Under the pieces are notes generated by a model that was not told the origin of the DNA, searched no databases, and saw only the letters and a list, made by a program, of their open reading frames with translations. A stretch of DNA of 64,000 nt from Selaginella moellendorffii. Taxonomy: Eukaryota; Plantae; Lycopodiophyta. The position numbers were made by a program, and so were the translations under genes. The first letter of the stretch is position 1. The number at the start of each line of letters is the position of its first letter. The stretch is from contig NW_003314413.1 of NCBI RefSeq assembly GCF_000143415.4, positions 186,001 through 250,000 of the forward strand, in the 5' to 3' direction. Shown in pieces: positions 25,877-39,137 of this stretch.

Positions 25877-27497
25877 ATGCTTGATCAGGTCGGCTGGAAA
25901 TCGTCCACTGCCAAGGACCCATTTGAGCGACCGAGGAGGATGATGGAGGTGGCGAGCACATTCGTCGACAAGTCCCAGCAGCAGCAGCAGCAGGAGAGCG
26001 GCGCCGCTAAGAGGGCGGCGGCTGTGACGGCGTGGGAGCCCGAGACTGGCAGCATTCTCGACCCGTTTCATATCGAGGACCTCTTGGATTTCTCCAACGA
26101 GGACATTGCCGGGCCGATTGGCGAGGAAGTCCACCACCAGAATTCCATCGCCGCTGCCAGCGCCGCTCCCATTGCTCCTCCCGCCGCGCAACAACATCAC
26201 CACCACCACCAGCACCACCATGGCATCGAGCAACAGCCCAGCAACGAATTCCCCATCGATGTAAGAGCCATTCACTTCTATTTCCTCGCGTTCCCGCTGG
26301 AAGAACACCATCTAAACGTCTTCTCTTTTGTTCTTCCAGTGCGATGAGATGCCTGAGCTGGAATGGCTCTCGAGCCTCGTCGACGATGACACTTTCACCA
26401 ACATGGGCGATGAATTGCACAAGAGTATGTTCATTGGGAGCAAAGGATCGAGCTTCGCAAGCTCCTCCATCATCAACAGCAGCGCCGCCACCAACACAAC
26501 CACCACGAACAAGAGAAACATCGACAGCCTCCTCCTGCTGGACGACATCACCACCACCACCACCACCACGACGATCGCCACGACGGGCAGCAAAGATAAG
26601 TTCCAAGTCGGGAGTCCCATCTCGGTGCTGGAGAGCAGCAGCGCCACCTCGGGCAGGCTGGCGGCCGCCAAGGACTTGTCCGTGCCGGGGCGGCCCCGGA
26701 GCAAGCGGCTGCGCAGCTCCTCGACATGGAACACGAGCTCCTCGTCGCTCATCAATCCGGGCAGCAGCAGCAGCAGCGGTGGCGGCGGCGGCGGCGGTGT
26801 CGTGGGTGGCGGCGGCGAGGCCATCATGATCATCAACACCACCACCGGGAACAATGTGACGAGCTTCTCGTCGTCCCCGGCCACGAGCTCCATCTCGGAC
26901 AAGGACCTGGCGTCCTCGGACGAGCAAGACGCGGTGGAGTCGTCCACTATCAAGCCCGACACCATCACCGCCGGCGGCTCGACCTCCTCCGCCACCTCCC
27001 CCTCCTCCTCCTCCGCCTCGTCGCTGTGCAACACCAACAAGACCTCCATCGCTGCCGTCGCCACCGGCAAGCCGCCACTGGGCTCCTCGATCATCGCGTC
27101 CACGAACGGCCCAGCCGCCGGAGGAGGAATGACAATCGGAGGAGTGGAAGTCCAGCCACGGAGGTGTACGCACTGCTTGAGCCAGAAGACCCCGCAATGG
27201 CGAGCCGGGCCCGAGGGGCCCAAGACGCTGTGCAACGCGTGTGGCGTGAGGTTTAAGTCGGGCAGACTCTTCCCCGAGTATAGGCCGGCTCTCAGCCCGA
27301 CCTTCCTGTCCGAGGTCCACTCCAATTCCCACAGGAAGGTGCTGGAGATGCGGCGCCAAAAGGAGTCGTCACATCCGCGCTTCTTGGGCCCGAGCCCGCG
27401 CAGCCCGAGCTTGAGCCCGAGCTCCAGCTCGGCCCCGGCACCGACCGGTGGAGAGGTCCTAGACGGTGGCTTGATTTACAACGTCGTGCAGAGCTAG
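25877..27497 (+). CDS. GATA: GATA zinc-finger transcription factor, class A (exons 25877-26260, 26340-27497)
   Basis: [44 protein letters not shown]; N-terminal IEDLLDFSN and ELEWLS motifs. Confidence 0.95.
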
Positions 27498-28465
27498 GCG
27501 AGGGAGAGAGCGGAGGCTTTCTGGCCAGGATACAGGAGAACCATGTCTCTGGGATGGTTTTGGCTTTGCGAAAGTTGGCGGAGAGCCCAGTTTTGGGATT
27601 GGATTCATTGGATTGATCACCAATTCGTGGTCTGCTACTACAACAGAGCTCTCGGGCATTTGTTTTGGAGATGGGAGAGCTCGAGCCGAGACGAGCGAGG
27701 AAAGTTTGTAGAAGGGACGGGGAAGCATCCGTCCGTGTGCCGGTCTGGTCGGTCAGGGCAGGATTGATTGTCCATTGCAGATTCAATGGGGCAGGGTAGG
27801 GGTGCCAGCATACGGCGCGAGTACGGAACTTATGCCGTGTGATCGGTGATCTTCTTCTCTCTCTCTCTCTCTGGCGCCGCTCGCTTTGGTTTTCTTTTCT
27901 GGTGGACTTGTCGGTGATCGATCATCGTCATTGTCATCGAAGTTGAGTCGAGTCGATTCCATTCTCTCTCTCTCTCTCTTTCTCTCTACTTCATATTTTT
28001 TTTGCTTTTTTCCCAGCTCTCCCTTTCCAACGTAGATGGCTAGCAAAGCTGCTTAGTTTAAGCTCTGTGCCCTCCAGGGACAGGCCTTGTCTTCCAGCTT
28101 TAAGTTAAGAGATTGATGATGAAGAAAGTTGATTGATTCTAAACTCTATGGTTTTTGCCGAGAAGATTTTGGAGGTATTTTCTCTTTCACCGCAATTACC
28201 TGTTCAAGGCGAGTGAATGTGGGAAGTGATTTCAACTTCTTGTTGCTTGTTCGTGCACGGACAAAACGCTGTGCTTGTTGCGCTGGCTGCGTGCAGCAAG
28301 CAAGGGCGATCCGAGCTGTGCTGTGATTGCTGCTTGTTTTTAATGCCTATTCTCTTTCCTCCCTCTTCCAAAAAGCTGAAAATCTGCACTGCACACCACC
28401 ATGTCCATCCAGTCTTCCCCGGTTTGTAGTGTTTTTCGCGGCGTTCTTCCCTCTTTCGTCCTCAT

Positions 28466-28494
28466 GGGCTGGGCTGGGCTGGGCTGGGCTGGGC
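28466..28494 (+). repeat. (GGGCT)5-GGGC microsatellite, G-quadruplex-capable
   Basis: Six GGG tracts separated by CT. Confidence 0.85.
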
Positions 28495-29901
28495 GAGAAT
28501 TTGAATTTCAATTGCAGCGAGCCCAGAGAGATTGATGAAAGGTGGCGGAAGTGGCCGGGAAGATATACTACAAAAAGAAAAAAGAAATATTCTGAGCAAG
28601 AAAAATATCGCCGCATTCACGACAGTGCAAGGGGAGAGAAAAAGAAATCCCTTGTTCCTATTTCCTTGAATGCTTTGTGTGGTTTTGGAATTTGCGAGTT
28701 TCCGATAGCATTTAGATCGAAAGAAGAATCAAATTATGAGAATTTAGCAAAAGAAAGCTGGAGAATATCATGGCATTTTTCTTAATTCCTTTCAATGTTT
28801 TCCAATCCTGATGATGAAAATGCAGCCGCTAAGGTCCCCCCCGAATCCTCCCACGGTATAATTTAGGTGGGACATTGCATCCATACCTTGAAGTAGAAGG
28901 GAAGGTAGCGAGTTAATGTTGTCGGGTGCTCCATAGAAAGCGACTCAAGGCCGTCTGTGTGCGCCAACCCCACTGGGACTGTGCTCTATGCCTCGTGGTG
29001 TCGGTTGTTTCCTTGGAAAGAAAAGAAAAAATCAACTCCAAAATTGTTGTAATCTTCCAGTTTGTTAAGATAATCTTGATTGATTCGTGGGTGGCAGCAG
29101 ATGCAAATGGGTCTGCGCCCTGAATGTAAAGTCGTTCTCCGGTACGTGCCATGCAAAGGTGGCAAAGCGCGCATGCATGCATGTGGGGGTCAAGGTTTGA
29201 AGTGTATAATTTTGCGGCGAACGTACTCCGCTTTTGTTGTGGTTAGGGCATTTGTTTTGACGGAGGTGCACGCGGGTGCGAACATGGGCAGTGCAGAAGG
29301 AGCAATGCAAATTTAACCATTTCTGGGCACTTTGGCCACATGCATCCACCTGAAAGCAAACTTATTTATCATCGCAAAGATATCAGCGGGGAAAAGAGGG
29401 GGAGGGAAGAAAAAAATGATTTTCTGCTGTGCAAATTGCAACCTTTGGTGTGTTGCTGCTGGCTCGATAATCAAATGAGTTCCTGATTCGATCCACCAGA
29501 GCGTGCAAGTGCCTGGATTATACTGGGCCGCAAAGAAATGTTTAGAGAGGCCTAGTGCTCGCAAATCGCGCGGTGTGATCCTTGAGGAACTTGTAAAGTA
29601 CTTGTGATAATCCACAAGCTAAAAGAAAAGGAGAAGCGAGGGCCAAGTTGGCCAGTCCAAGATGCCATCATTCAATTCCAATTCAATCCCGCGGGGGTGG
29701 ACTTGACAAGAAATGGCGCCTCTGCGACGCGCATGTGCCACAAAAGGCGTCAAACAGCTGGGAAGTTTAAACTAGAACCCTAATCCACACTTTTAAACAG
29801 AAAAAAGAAAAAAAAATCGTTCGTACGGAGACCTCTGTACGGCACGTTGCGAATGAGGTCCGGGTTTCGAGTTCTCGCGGATAAGATTAAAAATTTCCAA
29901 A

Positions 29902-31881
29902 ATGGCTATGGCGGGCATTGGCATTGGGCTAGGGTATCGGCCGCGATGGAGGTGGAGCGGCGCTGGATGCCGCAGCGCTGGATTCGGGAGGGCCGAAGTC
30001 CAGCAGCTGGACGCCGTGCGCATCGGTACGTTCTCGCAGCAGCAGCAGCGCCGGGGATTGAATTCCGGGAATGGAGGCGCCGGGGCGGATGCGGTGCTCA
30101 AGCAGATCGAGGACATCGGGATCGGGCTAAGCCAGATATCGCGGTGCCGCATTTCCGGCCAGAATATCCAGGAGCGAGTGAATCGCCTGGTGGACAGGCT
30201 CGATTTGCTGACCAAGGGCGTGGAGCAAGCAATGTATGGTGGAAGAAGCGTCCCACCGCAGCTCTTGGCGGCTTTAAATGTAAGTTTTCTTCCTTTGCCT
30301 CTTGCGGTGGTGGAGTAGCCTATAACTCGTGTTCTTTGGTTTCTCTCTTTCTTTCAGGCTCTGCAAAGAGAGCAATGCTCGTTGGCTAACATAATTCGCC
30401 TGGCCACGGCCTCTACTTCCATCGTTCCTTACGCCGACGAGGACGAGGAAGTTGTGGCTGCGGAGTTAGTCACCGACAAGTCAAGCGAGGATGTTATGAA
30501 CTCGTTGAAGCGTGAAAGCGCGCTCGTTCCTGTCACCAAGCCCGTTTATGAGATGAGTGCGCCAGTCACCAAGGTCAGCAACCAGCCATCTTTCTTGCTC
30601 GCGTCTCACAAGTCTTTTGTGCGTTACGTAGCGATCGCTTTATTCACTCCTCTCTCTTGTTTTCGTTCTAGACTGCGACTATGGCTTCCGTTCGAGCGGA
30701 GATTGAGCGACGAGTTATTCAACAGGTACAGCTGAACGACCCGACTTTTCTCGTTGTCGGTTACTACTTCATTAATGACGCTCCTATTTGGTGGTCGTTT
30801 TTTTCAGCTCACGGCCAGGGATGTTGGAATGTTTAACGAAGAGCCATTGAATTTCGGACAAAGACCGGGGGCCGAAGACATTACTGGTTTGGACGACGGA
30901 GTGAAAGCGTTGAAGTCTGAGGTACAGAAAGCGGAGGTTGCGGAGCAGCAGCTACGCAGGCTTGAGACAGCGCTCGTCCAAACAGTTCCTCTGGAGGTTC
31001 ATGAGTCAGTGGTAATACTTTATGAGGCATTTGCGTTTTGATCTTTTCGATATATAAAATGTGCCAGATAAAAAAGCTACAGGAGTCTTTACAAGAAACG
31101 CAGTCCACTGTGCTGCAGTTGACAAGAGAGCTGGCCGAGAAAGAAAATATTCTGAGTACTGTGAAGAAAGATCTCCTCAAAGAACAAGGGGAGTTTGTGG
31201 CCAAGGTATATGTATCTGATGTCTTTTTCATTAACTTACTGCTAAATTGCTATGCTTTCAAAGGTGTCTCAGCTGAGAGGTGAAATTGCCGAACGAGCGA
31301 CCAACATGGAAGACCTGCAACTCGCTGTAAATGACGTGGTGGAAGAATTTTCTCACGGACTGCAGGAAATACAGAAAAAGGCAGCAGTGCTGGCAGCTGA
31401 ACTTGATAATAAGGAGAAGCTTTTGAATCAGTTAAGGAAGGATTGGAAAGCCGAAACAAGGAGCCTGCGCAAGAAGCTGGCCAAGGCCCGGAAACAGATG
31501 AAGGAGCTCGAGGAAATAAGACAGGCCGAACAGGCGGAGCTTAAGGAAGCAAAGAATAGAATCGTTGTGTTAGAAGACGAGCTCACTATAGTCCGGAAAA
31601 ACTACGAGGAAGCTGAGGAAAACAGGAGAAGGCAGAAGCAGGAATCTTTGGCCAGAATGAAAACTTTGATTGCGGAGATGGTTAAGATCTCACGGGCGAG
31701 ATCTCAGAGAGAACTACAGGTTGCTGAATTATTGAAAGACGTGAGCAAAGAACAAACTCGTCGCCGCAAATTGCTACCAGCTGGAGGATTGCCATCTAGT
31801 GACAAGATGAAAGCCCTTCAGAGCTTTTTCTCCCTCATGAAGGACTTATTGTCACGGACGAAGGCGAGCGACGACAAGTAA
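29902..31881 (+). CDS. Uncharacterised long coiled-coil protein, possibly organelle-targeted; multi-exon
   Basis: E/K/Q/L-rich heptad ORFs separated by ~50-80 nt GT-AG introns; Arg/Gly/Ser-rich N-terminus. Confidence 0.7.
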
Positions 31882-32620
31882 TGAGGACGAAGAATCTCAC
31901 ACGTCTGCTGGGATGTTGCATGGAAACGTCGTGCTTGCCGGTGAGAACATATTTCCTTTTTCGTCGATGGAACGTATCCTGGCTGTATATTTTTCAGCCT
32001 TCCACCACCTGGCGCATACGCCTTTGTGCAAAGGAGAGCGGCATTATCACTCTGGTCCTGTGCACTGACACTCAGTCGGGGATCCGAAACAACTTGCGGT
32101 CCTTCCGCGTACGATCTGCCTTTTGCCCACCTGACGATATCGAGGTCTCCAAATTACCAGTAAGTATCGCTCCTCGTGTTGACCCTTAAGGTATTCCGAG
32201 AGGTGGAGGACAGGTTTGAAAGGGACACGATGCATGCCTGGAGCAGTAGGAGCCTGCAACGCTGGTCATTTTTCTCGTCGTTGCTCCCTTTGAGTAGCTT
32301 TGTGATTCCAAAGTCTGCTAGTTTTGGTTTGTAGTCAGCGTCTAGCAGAATGTTGGCTGACTTGACGTCTCTGTGCAGGAATGGCGAGGATCACTCTGAT
32401 AGAGCTTGGAAGCGATCCTGTAGCGGCGGTTCCAGTCCAGACTTGTGACTCTTTCACTGTGTAAGACGTCTCCCACGCTGTCATGTACTCGACGATGAGC
32501 AGGTCCCTATCAGAGTTCCAGCAGCAGCTTAACAGCCTGACAATTCTCCGGTGTCTCCAAAGTTCTGACTTAGTAGTCCTCACCGAGGAGACCGGCCACT
32601 CCCGATAACGCTGTTCTCGT
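31882..32620 (-). pseudogene. Degenerate duplicate of the LRR-RLK kinase domain
   Basis: Colinear with 35045-36020 (ccaaagtctgctag, ttgacgtctctgtgcagga, IVRLLSCCWN) with many deletions; the kinase intron is retained. Confidence 0.85.
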
Positions 32621-32649
32621 GATGATGGTTAACTTCGTGTGGAGCGAGG

Positions 32650-33432
32650 ATGGCCAACAGATGTGTTCTGATACTGCTTTCGAGTTTATGTAGCAGCCGA
32701 AATTTTTTCACATGAAATGCCACCTTCCGTGCATCAAGAACCAGATGATCCGTGTTTGGCTCCTTGGCAAAAACGTCAAACGGACAATCTCAGTTCTGAA
32801 CTTATGGCGCATGAGTTCCAGCCTCTCCAAAGCCTTTTGCACGTCCACCACAGCCTTCTCCTTGGAGGCCGTGATGTTTGATTCTCCTCTTCGTGAGCTA
32901 CAGTATAAGTCAGGGCACGCCACTGCTGCCAGATTGAATACTTGTCTTCATCGTCAAAGATGAACTTAGGCAACTCTTCAGTGGTGAAGCAATTGTCTTT
33001 CCAAGGCCGTCTCCATAAAACTCTTCATTATTGTTAATCGCAGGTAACTTACAAGCCTGGTTCAAGTGGCTCCTCAGAGGTTTCTGGTTAGCCATATTCA
33101 TGCAAAGAGATTCCGCGTACTCCGCCCTTTCCAAACTACAAGAATCCTGTCAAGCATAGATTGGAAGATGAGCAACGTTCCGGGAGCTCAATCCCATCTG
33201 TAAGCAGCATGTCCTCAAATCTTGATCCCCCGATATTGGTATACTTTCCACCAGTCCCGCTTCCTAAATCTTGAGCAACTGTAGAGGGGTTGTGGTTCCA
33301 GACACCAGCCAGGAGTGAGTGGATGCAGCAATGGATGAGACTTAGAACCTCACGAGGAATTGTGAGTTCATCCATCTGTGATTTGATCGAGTCGCTGCTG
33401 AGCCTTTTAAGCACGGTCGTGTTGGTACGCAT
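32650..33432 (-). pseudogene. Remnant of an unidentified gene family, homologous to 48480-48900
   Basis: Broken ORFs; shares ttcacatgaaatgc.acctt, tgcatcaagaacca, ccttggcaaa, ttggaggccg with the 48.5-kb copy. Confidence 0.55.
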
Positions 33433-33483
33433 TCATTCTATTAGATTTCTTTTTCTTGCCTTCTCTTGTGGAGTGCTTTGTTT

Positions 33484-33522
<39 letters not shown>

Positions 33523-33899
33523 GCAATTTTCCACGGCGAGTTAGATTTTATTTGGTGGTCTTCTTCCTTTTTCCAGCCTCAGCGACCTGTTCGAACTGAA
33601 GACAGACAAGAACTTCTTCATGTGCTTTAGGAAGTGTCCGCATTTGTTCTAATTTGACAACCATAAAAGTATACTTGAATGTAATTAAATTGTCTTTCAA
33701 GGTCGACAACGAAGAAGTTCGCCTCAGGACGAAGAAAGACGAGTAGTTTCAACTTATTCAAGACAGTGAATGTCTTGAATCTTATAAGGAGATCGTTGGC
33801 AAGAGCGAAAGGAGAGCCTCAAGATTGTGCAGGACACAGTTGACCTCTAAATCGACATCTAGATCTGAAGTGTGTCATACCTGAATGTTGTACAGAGCA

Positions 33900-34310
33900 A
33901 ACAGATCACTGACCTTGTGCAATATTTTGAAGAGAGGTTGGAGCTGAAGAAGGATCAGCAGCTAGATACACACGAGATTTGAAAAGGAGCTTCTCGGCGC
34001 GCACAAAAGCTGGAAGAGGTAAGAATCTGGGGAAGGAGGATTCCAATCTAACGACAAGTTAAAAGTCCTTCAGAGCTTATTCTCCATCTTGTTGTCACGG
34101 ACGAAGGCGAGCGGATTAAGACGAACGTTTGGGAAGCTGCATGGAGACGTCCCAGACGTGCTTGCCGGTGAGAACATTTCCTCCGTTGTGCATGGAGAGT
34201 AATAAGCTTCCGGTTGTAGTGCTTCAGCTGGCCTCTTAGGCCACCAAGTTCGGCAGGTTTTCTGGCAAGTGTGCCATCAAGCTGCCGTTGAGCCTGTTGG
34301 AAGAGAGGTT
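33900..34310. pseudogene. Second, heavily deleted copy of the coiled-coil 3' end / LRR-RLK 3' end junction
   Basis: ttgtcacggacgaaggcgagcg, gtgcttgccggtgagaacatttcc and LRR fragment ctgccgttgagcctgttggaagagag match 31850-31960, 35030-35160 and 36752. Confidence 0.75.
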
Positions 34311-34859
34311 TGGTGGAATAGATGGTTCATCAAACACATCAAACTTTTGCAATTCCAGGATTTTACGTCAGGCTGTTCATTTTTGTCCTATCAGATCTGT
34401 ATCTATGGAAACGGTGGCTTTTATTCTATGAAGGTAGTTCCTTGGCATTTGAGAAAGAGAACTGGAAGTGAATACCAAGATCCAAGGAGAGCATGCAGTT
34501 TTTGAGAGCATAGCTTTGCTGACTTACGGGTGTCCCAGACGAGCGGATGGAAAAGCATTTGGTGGAGCATTGGGATTATACCCTCATGGGTTGTATGAGA
34601 TAGAGCACATTTTTCTCTATCTGCGGAAAAAATAATTTTGGCGACTTAGGTTAGTAGGGTTTGCCCATGGGCGCTGCTGGATTCATCAGAGTCTTCTTGC
34701 ATTCAACAACATCACCTGGTACCTATCATTTAGGCAATGGCGCTCAACTTATGTATCATGAAAGTCAGTGAATCTTCGTAAGGAAATTGGTGCAAAAAGA
34801 GACAGCTAATATTATGTAGTAGGTGCAGGACATTGAAGAAAGGCTCAAGGTGAAGAGAA

Positions 34860-35045
34860 GAAGGGCTGGAGAAGTATCAGCAGCTAGATAAGCAGAGGAG
34901 ATCTCTAGAGTATACGAGTTTTGACAAGGAGCTTCTCAACGCGAGACAGAACCTGGAAGGGGTAAGAGTTACGGGAAGGAGGATTGCCATCGAACGACAA
35001 GATGAAAGCCTTGAGAGCTTTGTCTCCATCACGAAGGCGAGCGAA
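34860..35045 (+). pseudogene. Third remnant of the coiled-coil gene 3' end, abutting the intact RLK
   Basis: ggaggattgccatc..gacaagatgaaagcc..agagcttt matches 31783-31830. Confidence 0.7.
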
Positions 35046-35060
35046 TGAAGACGAAGAACC

Positions 35061-38000
35061 TCACACGTATTCTGGGATGCTGCATGGAGACGTCGACCCA
35101 GACGTGCTCGCCGGTGAGAACATTTCCTCCTTTGTGCATGGAGAGTAACAAGCTTCGGGCTGTATTTTTTCCAGCATTTCCACCACCCGGCGCATCGTTG
35201 GTCTTTCCTCTGGAGACGCCTTTGTGCAAAGAAGAGCAACGTCGAGCAGCATTATCATCTGGTCCTGTGCACTGGCGCTCACTCGGGTATCCAGAACAAC
35301 TTGCGGTCCTTTCGCTTGCACTCTGCCTTTTACCCACCTGACGATATCCAGGTCTCCAAATTCACTGTCAACTGGCCTCTTGCCTGTCACTAGCTCCAGC
35401 AGGACGACTCCAAAGCTGTAAGTATCGCTTTTCGTGCTGACCTTCAAGGTATAGGTGTACTCTGAGAGGTGAAGGACAGGTTGGAAAGGAATTAGCTTAG
35501 ACATGATGCATACCTGGAGCAATGTAGCCGTAGGAACCTGCAATGTTGGTCATTGTCTCGTCGTCGCTACCTTTGAGTAGCTTTGTGATTCCAAAGTCTG
35601 CTAGCTTTGGTTCGTAGTCAGCGTCCAGCAGAATGTTGGCTGACTTGACGTCTCTGTGCAGGAGCGGCGGGGAGCAATCGTGATGAAGGTATGATAGAGC
35701 TTGTGCTGCTCTCAAAGCGATCCTGTAGCGGGTGTTCCAGTCCAGGTTCGCGACTTTCTTGCTGTGTAGGACGTCTCTCAGGCTGCCGTTCGGCATATAC
35801 TCGAAGATGAGCAGGTCCGTATCAGCGTTCCAGCAGCAGCTTAACAGCCTGACGATGCTACGGTGTCTTATGTGGCCCAAAGTTCTGACTTCGGACTGGT
35901 ACTGGTAGTCATCACCGAGGGAATGATCTGATCGTGATATCTGCTTCACTGCTAGAGAATGTCCGCTTGCCAAATCAACTCGATACACCTTCCCAGACCG
36001 GCCAGTCCCGATAACGTTGTTCTCGTCGAGCTTCTCGATGACAGTTAACTCGTTGAAGAACAACCTTTGGAACGATTTCACTTTCCAACGGGGTGGCTGT
36101 TTCACGAGCTTGAAGTGGCGCCAGCAGATGCAGAGACTGCCAGTGAGAAGCAAGACGACGGCTCCAACGATAACAACAACCGAGATCAGTGTAACCGAGA
36201 AGCGACTCTTACCGCTGTTGGCACTTCTGCTGCTGCTGGTGGTTCTTGCATTGGAGCATGCCGAGTCTTGGCAGAGATCAGGATTTCCAAAGAAGCTATC
36301 AGCCGAAAAGCCTCGAGTCCAGCTCTCAGGAATACGGCCGCTCAAGTTGTTATTGGAGATGTTCAAGCTGGACAGCAGAAGATTTCCCAGAGCAGATGGA
36401 ACGTCTCCACTCAAGTGGTTGTTGGAAAGATCCAGCATGTTGAGCCTGGAAAGGCTAGCCAGTGACGATGGAATCGAGCCAGACAGACTGTTTGCGGAGA
36501 AGTCAAGTGAAGTGAGCCTCACGCAGTTTCTAATATCTGCTGGTATAGCGCCGGACAGACGATTGTGAGACAGATTCAATGCTTCCAAAGAGGCACAGCT
36601 CCCAATCTGGAATCCGGAGATTGAGTTATCCGAGGCCGTCAACTCGATCAAGTTCGGCAGGTTTCCCAGCTCGTCCGGTAAACTTTCGAACTTGTTACCA
36701 TCCAACCTCAGAATTCCTAGCTGTGCAGCGTTCTTGATATCGGAAGTCACACTGCCGTTGAGCCTGTTGGAAGAGAGCTCCAAGACGGTCAGGTTGGGGG
36801 AGGCCCAGAGCTTTGGCGGAACAGGGCCTTCGAGATGGTTGTCTTGCAGCCTCAATCGCACCCAGCTTTTGCAATCGCTGAAGCTCTCAGGAATTCCTCC
36901 CGACAGCATGTTGCCGTACAGGCTCAGGTTTTGCAGAGCATTTCCACCGCAGATGAAAGGTGGCACACCTCCGGTAAGTTTGTTTTGTGAGAGTGTGACG
37001 TAGCTGAGCCTGGCTTTTTTTCCTAGGGACTCGGGGATTTTACCTGTCAGGTTGTTTGCGAATGCTGTGAATTGTTCGAGGTTTTCCAAATCCGCAAGAC
37101 TTTCTGGGATGCTACCTGTCAGGCGATTCAAGTGGAGATGAAGTATCCGCAGATTTTTTAGCCCTCCAACCTGTGTAGGAATGCTGCCAGTTAAAGCGTT
37201 CTCGGAGGCATCCAAGTCAGTAAGCAGCATGAGGTTGCCAATCTCATATGGAATCTGACCCGAGAGCTTGTTTTTGTAGAGCTCGAGCATCTTCAGCTTA
37301 GGAAGGTACATGAGCTCAACCGGAATGCTGCCGGTGAGATTGTTGGACTGGAGCTCGAGGTCTTCGATCTCTTTTAAGGCACCTAGCTCGGGTGGAATGG
37401 TTCCAACGAGGCCGCAGTTAAACAGATACAGCCGGACAAGCCTTGTGAGATTGCCAAGCTCGGGAGGAATGAAGGCACGGAGGAGATTAATATTGGACGA
37501 GACGTCGAGAAAGGTGAGGTTGGAGAGACGGCCGAGGCTGGGGGTCAAGTTCGTGAAGAGATTTGCGCTGAGGACGAGCTCCTGGAGGGTGGTGGGAAGT
37601 TCTCCAAGAGCGTCGGGCATGGGTCCAGTGAAGGCATTGTAGGAGAGATCCAACCTGCGAAGTGGGAGATGACCGAGGATCATGGAGATGTTCTCCGGGA
37701 GTGGGCCGCGAAACCAGTTCTGGCTCAAGTCGAGATAGACGAGCTTGCTGCATCTCTCAAGCGAAGGGAAGGGCTGGTCGAAGTTGTTATAGGTGACTCT
37801 CACGCTGGTCAGATTTGGCAACTCACAGATAACTGGAGACATGGTCCCGTTGAGCTGGAAGTGCTCCAAGTTGATCCCAACCACACCGTCGTCGCCATCG
37901 CATTCGATTCCCTTCCAGCTACAGACCTGCGGATTGGTAGAAGCGTTCCAGCTCTCCAGAACGTTGCGAGGATCGACGATGCCGCGCTTGAATTCCAGCA

Positions 38001-38085
38001 GGAGCTCCCGCTCGGTTGCTGCCCGAGTGAGTGGAAGAATGGCGATGGCCAGGCAGAAGGCAAGGAGATCCCGGAGCCATTCCAT
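35061..38085 (-). CDS. LRR receptor-like kinase, subfamily XI (HAESA/HSL-like); exons 38085-35514, 35461-35061
   Basis: Signal peptide, CSWKGIEC cap, ~20 plant LRRs, RxR (VRLRL), TM helix, [22 protein letters not shown]|EY split by a 52-nt intron. Confidence 0.95.
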
Positions 38086-38714
38086 GGATGAATGAGCGTC
38101 AAAGTCCTCACTAAAAGAGCACGGGACTTGGACTAGCCGGCAGTTTTGACGAAAGAGAGCTTGTTTTCGTTTGCGTGCTAATACTACTTTCTTTGCTTGT
38201 AATGGATGCACTTCTTCGAGAATTGTCGCCAATTTTCAGTCACAGGCGCCGAGCGATCGGAGCTTGGCATCGGAGTGGGCAGCGCCAGTTAGTTCCCATT
38301 TGTTTGGCAGTGCCTTTTAAAATCGAAGATCGCAATCGGGCCTTGAATGTAATCGTCGGGAATGCTTCCAGGCGGAGAGAATGTGGCCGTTTGCTTGGAT
38401 CTACTTGGTTATGAATAACCAGAGCGGCATGATGGAGGACTACACTACAGCATTTTCCTCAACAATTCATTTTGTGTTTTAGAATGCTTGTGTTGAAAAG
38501 GCAAAGAGATGGTTTGGTGAAACCTTTCTGCAAGCAGACATCCCTCGCTTACATTTACCCTAGAAGCTTATTCTTCCAACACGTCGCAGCACCAGGGAAT
38601 CCATCGGTGCCTCACTTTCCCAGAGACAAGGCCCAACCAATCAAATGTCATCAACGAAGAGACTTTGACTCTTTGAATAGTTAATACAGATTATACAATA
38701 ATAAATGTATTTTT

Positions 38715-38905
38715 GGGAGTGGGTATATTTAGAATATATTTGGATATTCTAGGATATTTTACCATTTAACTGTTGTTATTCATTTAAATTTATAAACATG
38801 TTTATAATTTATAAAATTTTTTAAACACTTTCTTGATATTCAAAAAGATTATTCTTGTGTTTATAAATTATAAAGAATATAATATAAACTTCCATTTGAT
38901 CAATT
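38715..38905 (+). repeat. AT-rich dispersed repeat, copy 1 (direct repeat with 48000-48232)
   Basis: Shared tttggatattctaggatatt, aagatta.tcttgtgtttataaattataaa and ataaactt.catttgatcaatt. Confidence 0.7.
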
Positions 38906-39017
38906 AGATTAATAAATAGGAATAACACCATTATTATGCAAACCAAAGCGTTGTTACATGCAATGTGCAGAAAATTATTTTTTGTTGTTATTTCTAAAAA
39001 GTTTTAAAAATCTTTTA

Positions 39018-39137
<120 letters not shown>

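Noticed and set aside
26007-27359. Long antisense ORFs (450 and 337 aa) over GATA
   Set aside because: Shadow frames of GC-rich low-complexity coding sequence.
38086-38232. N-terminal extension of the RLK in the ORF track
   Set aside because: Starts at a non-ATG codon; the signal peptide follows ATG 38085.
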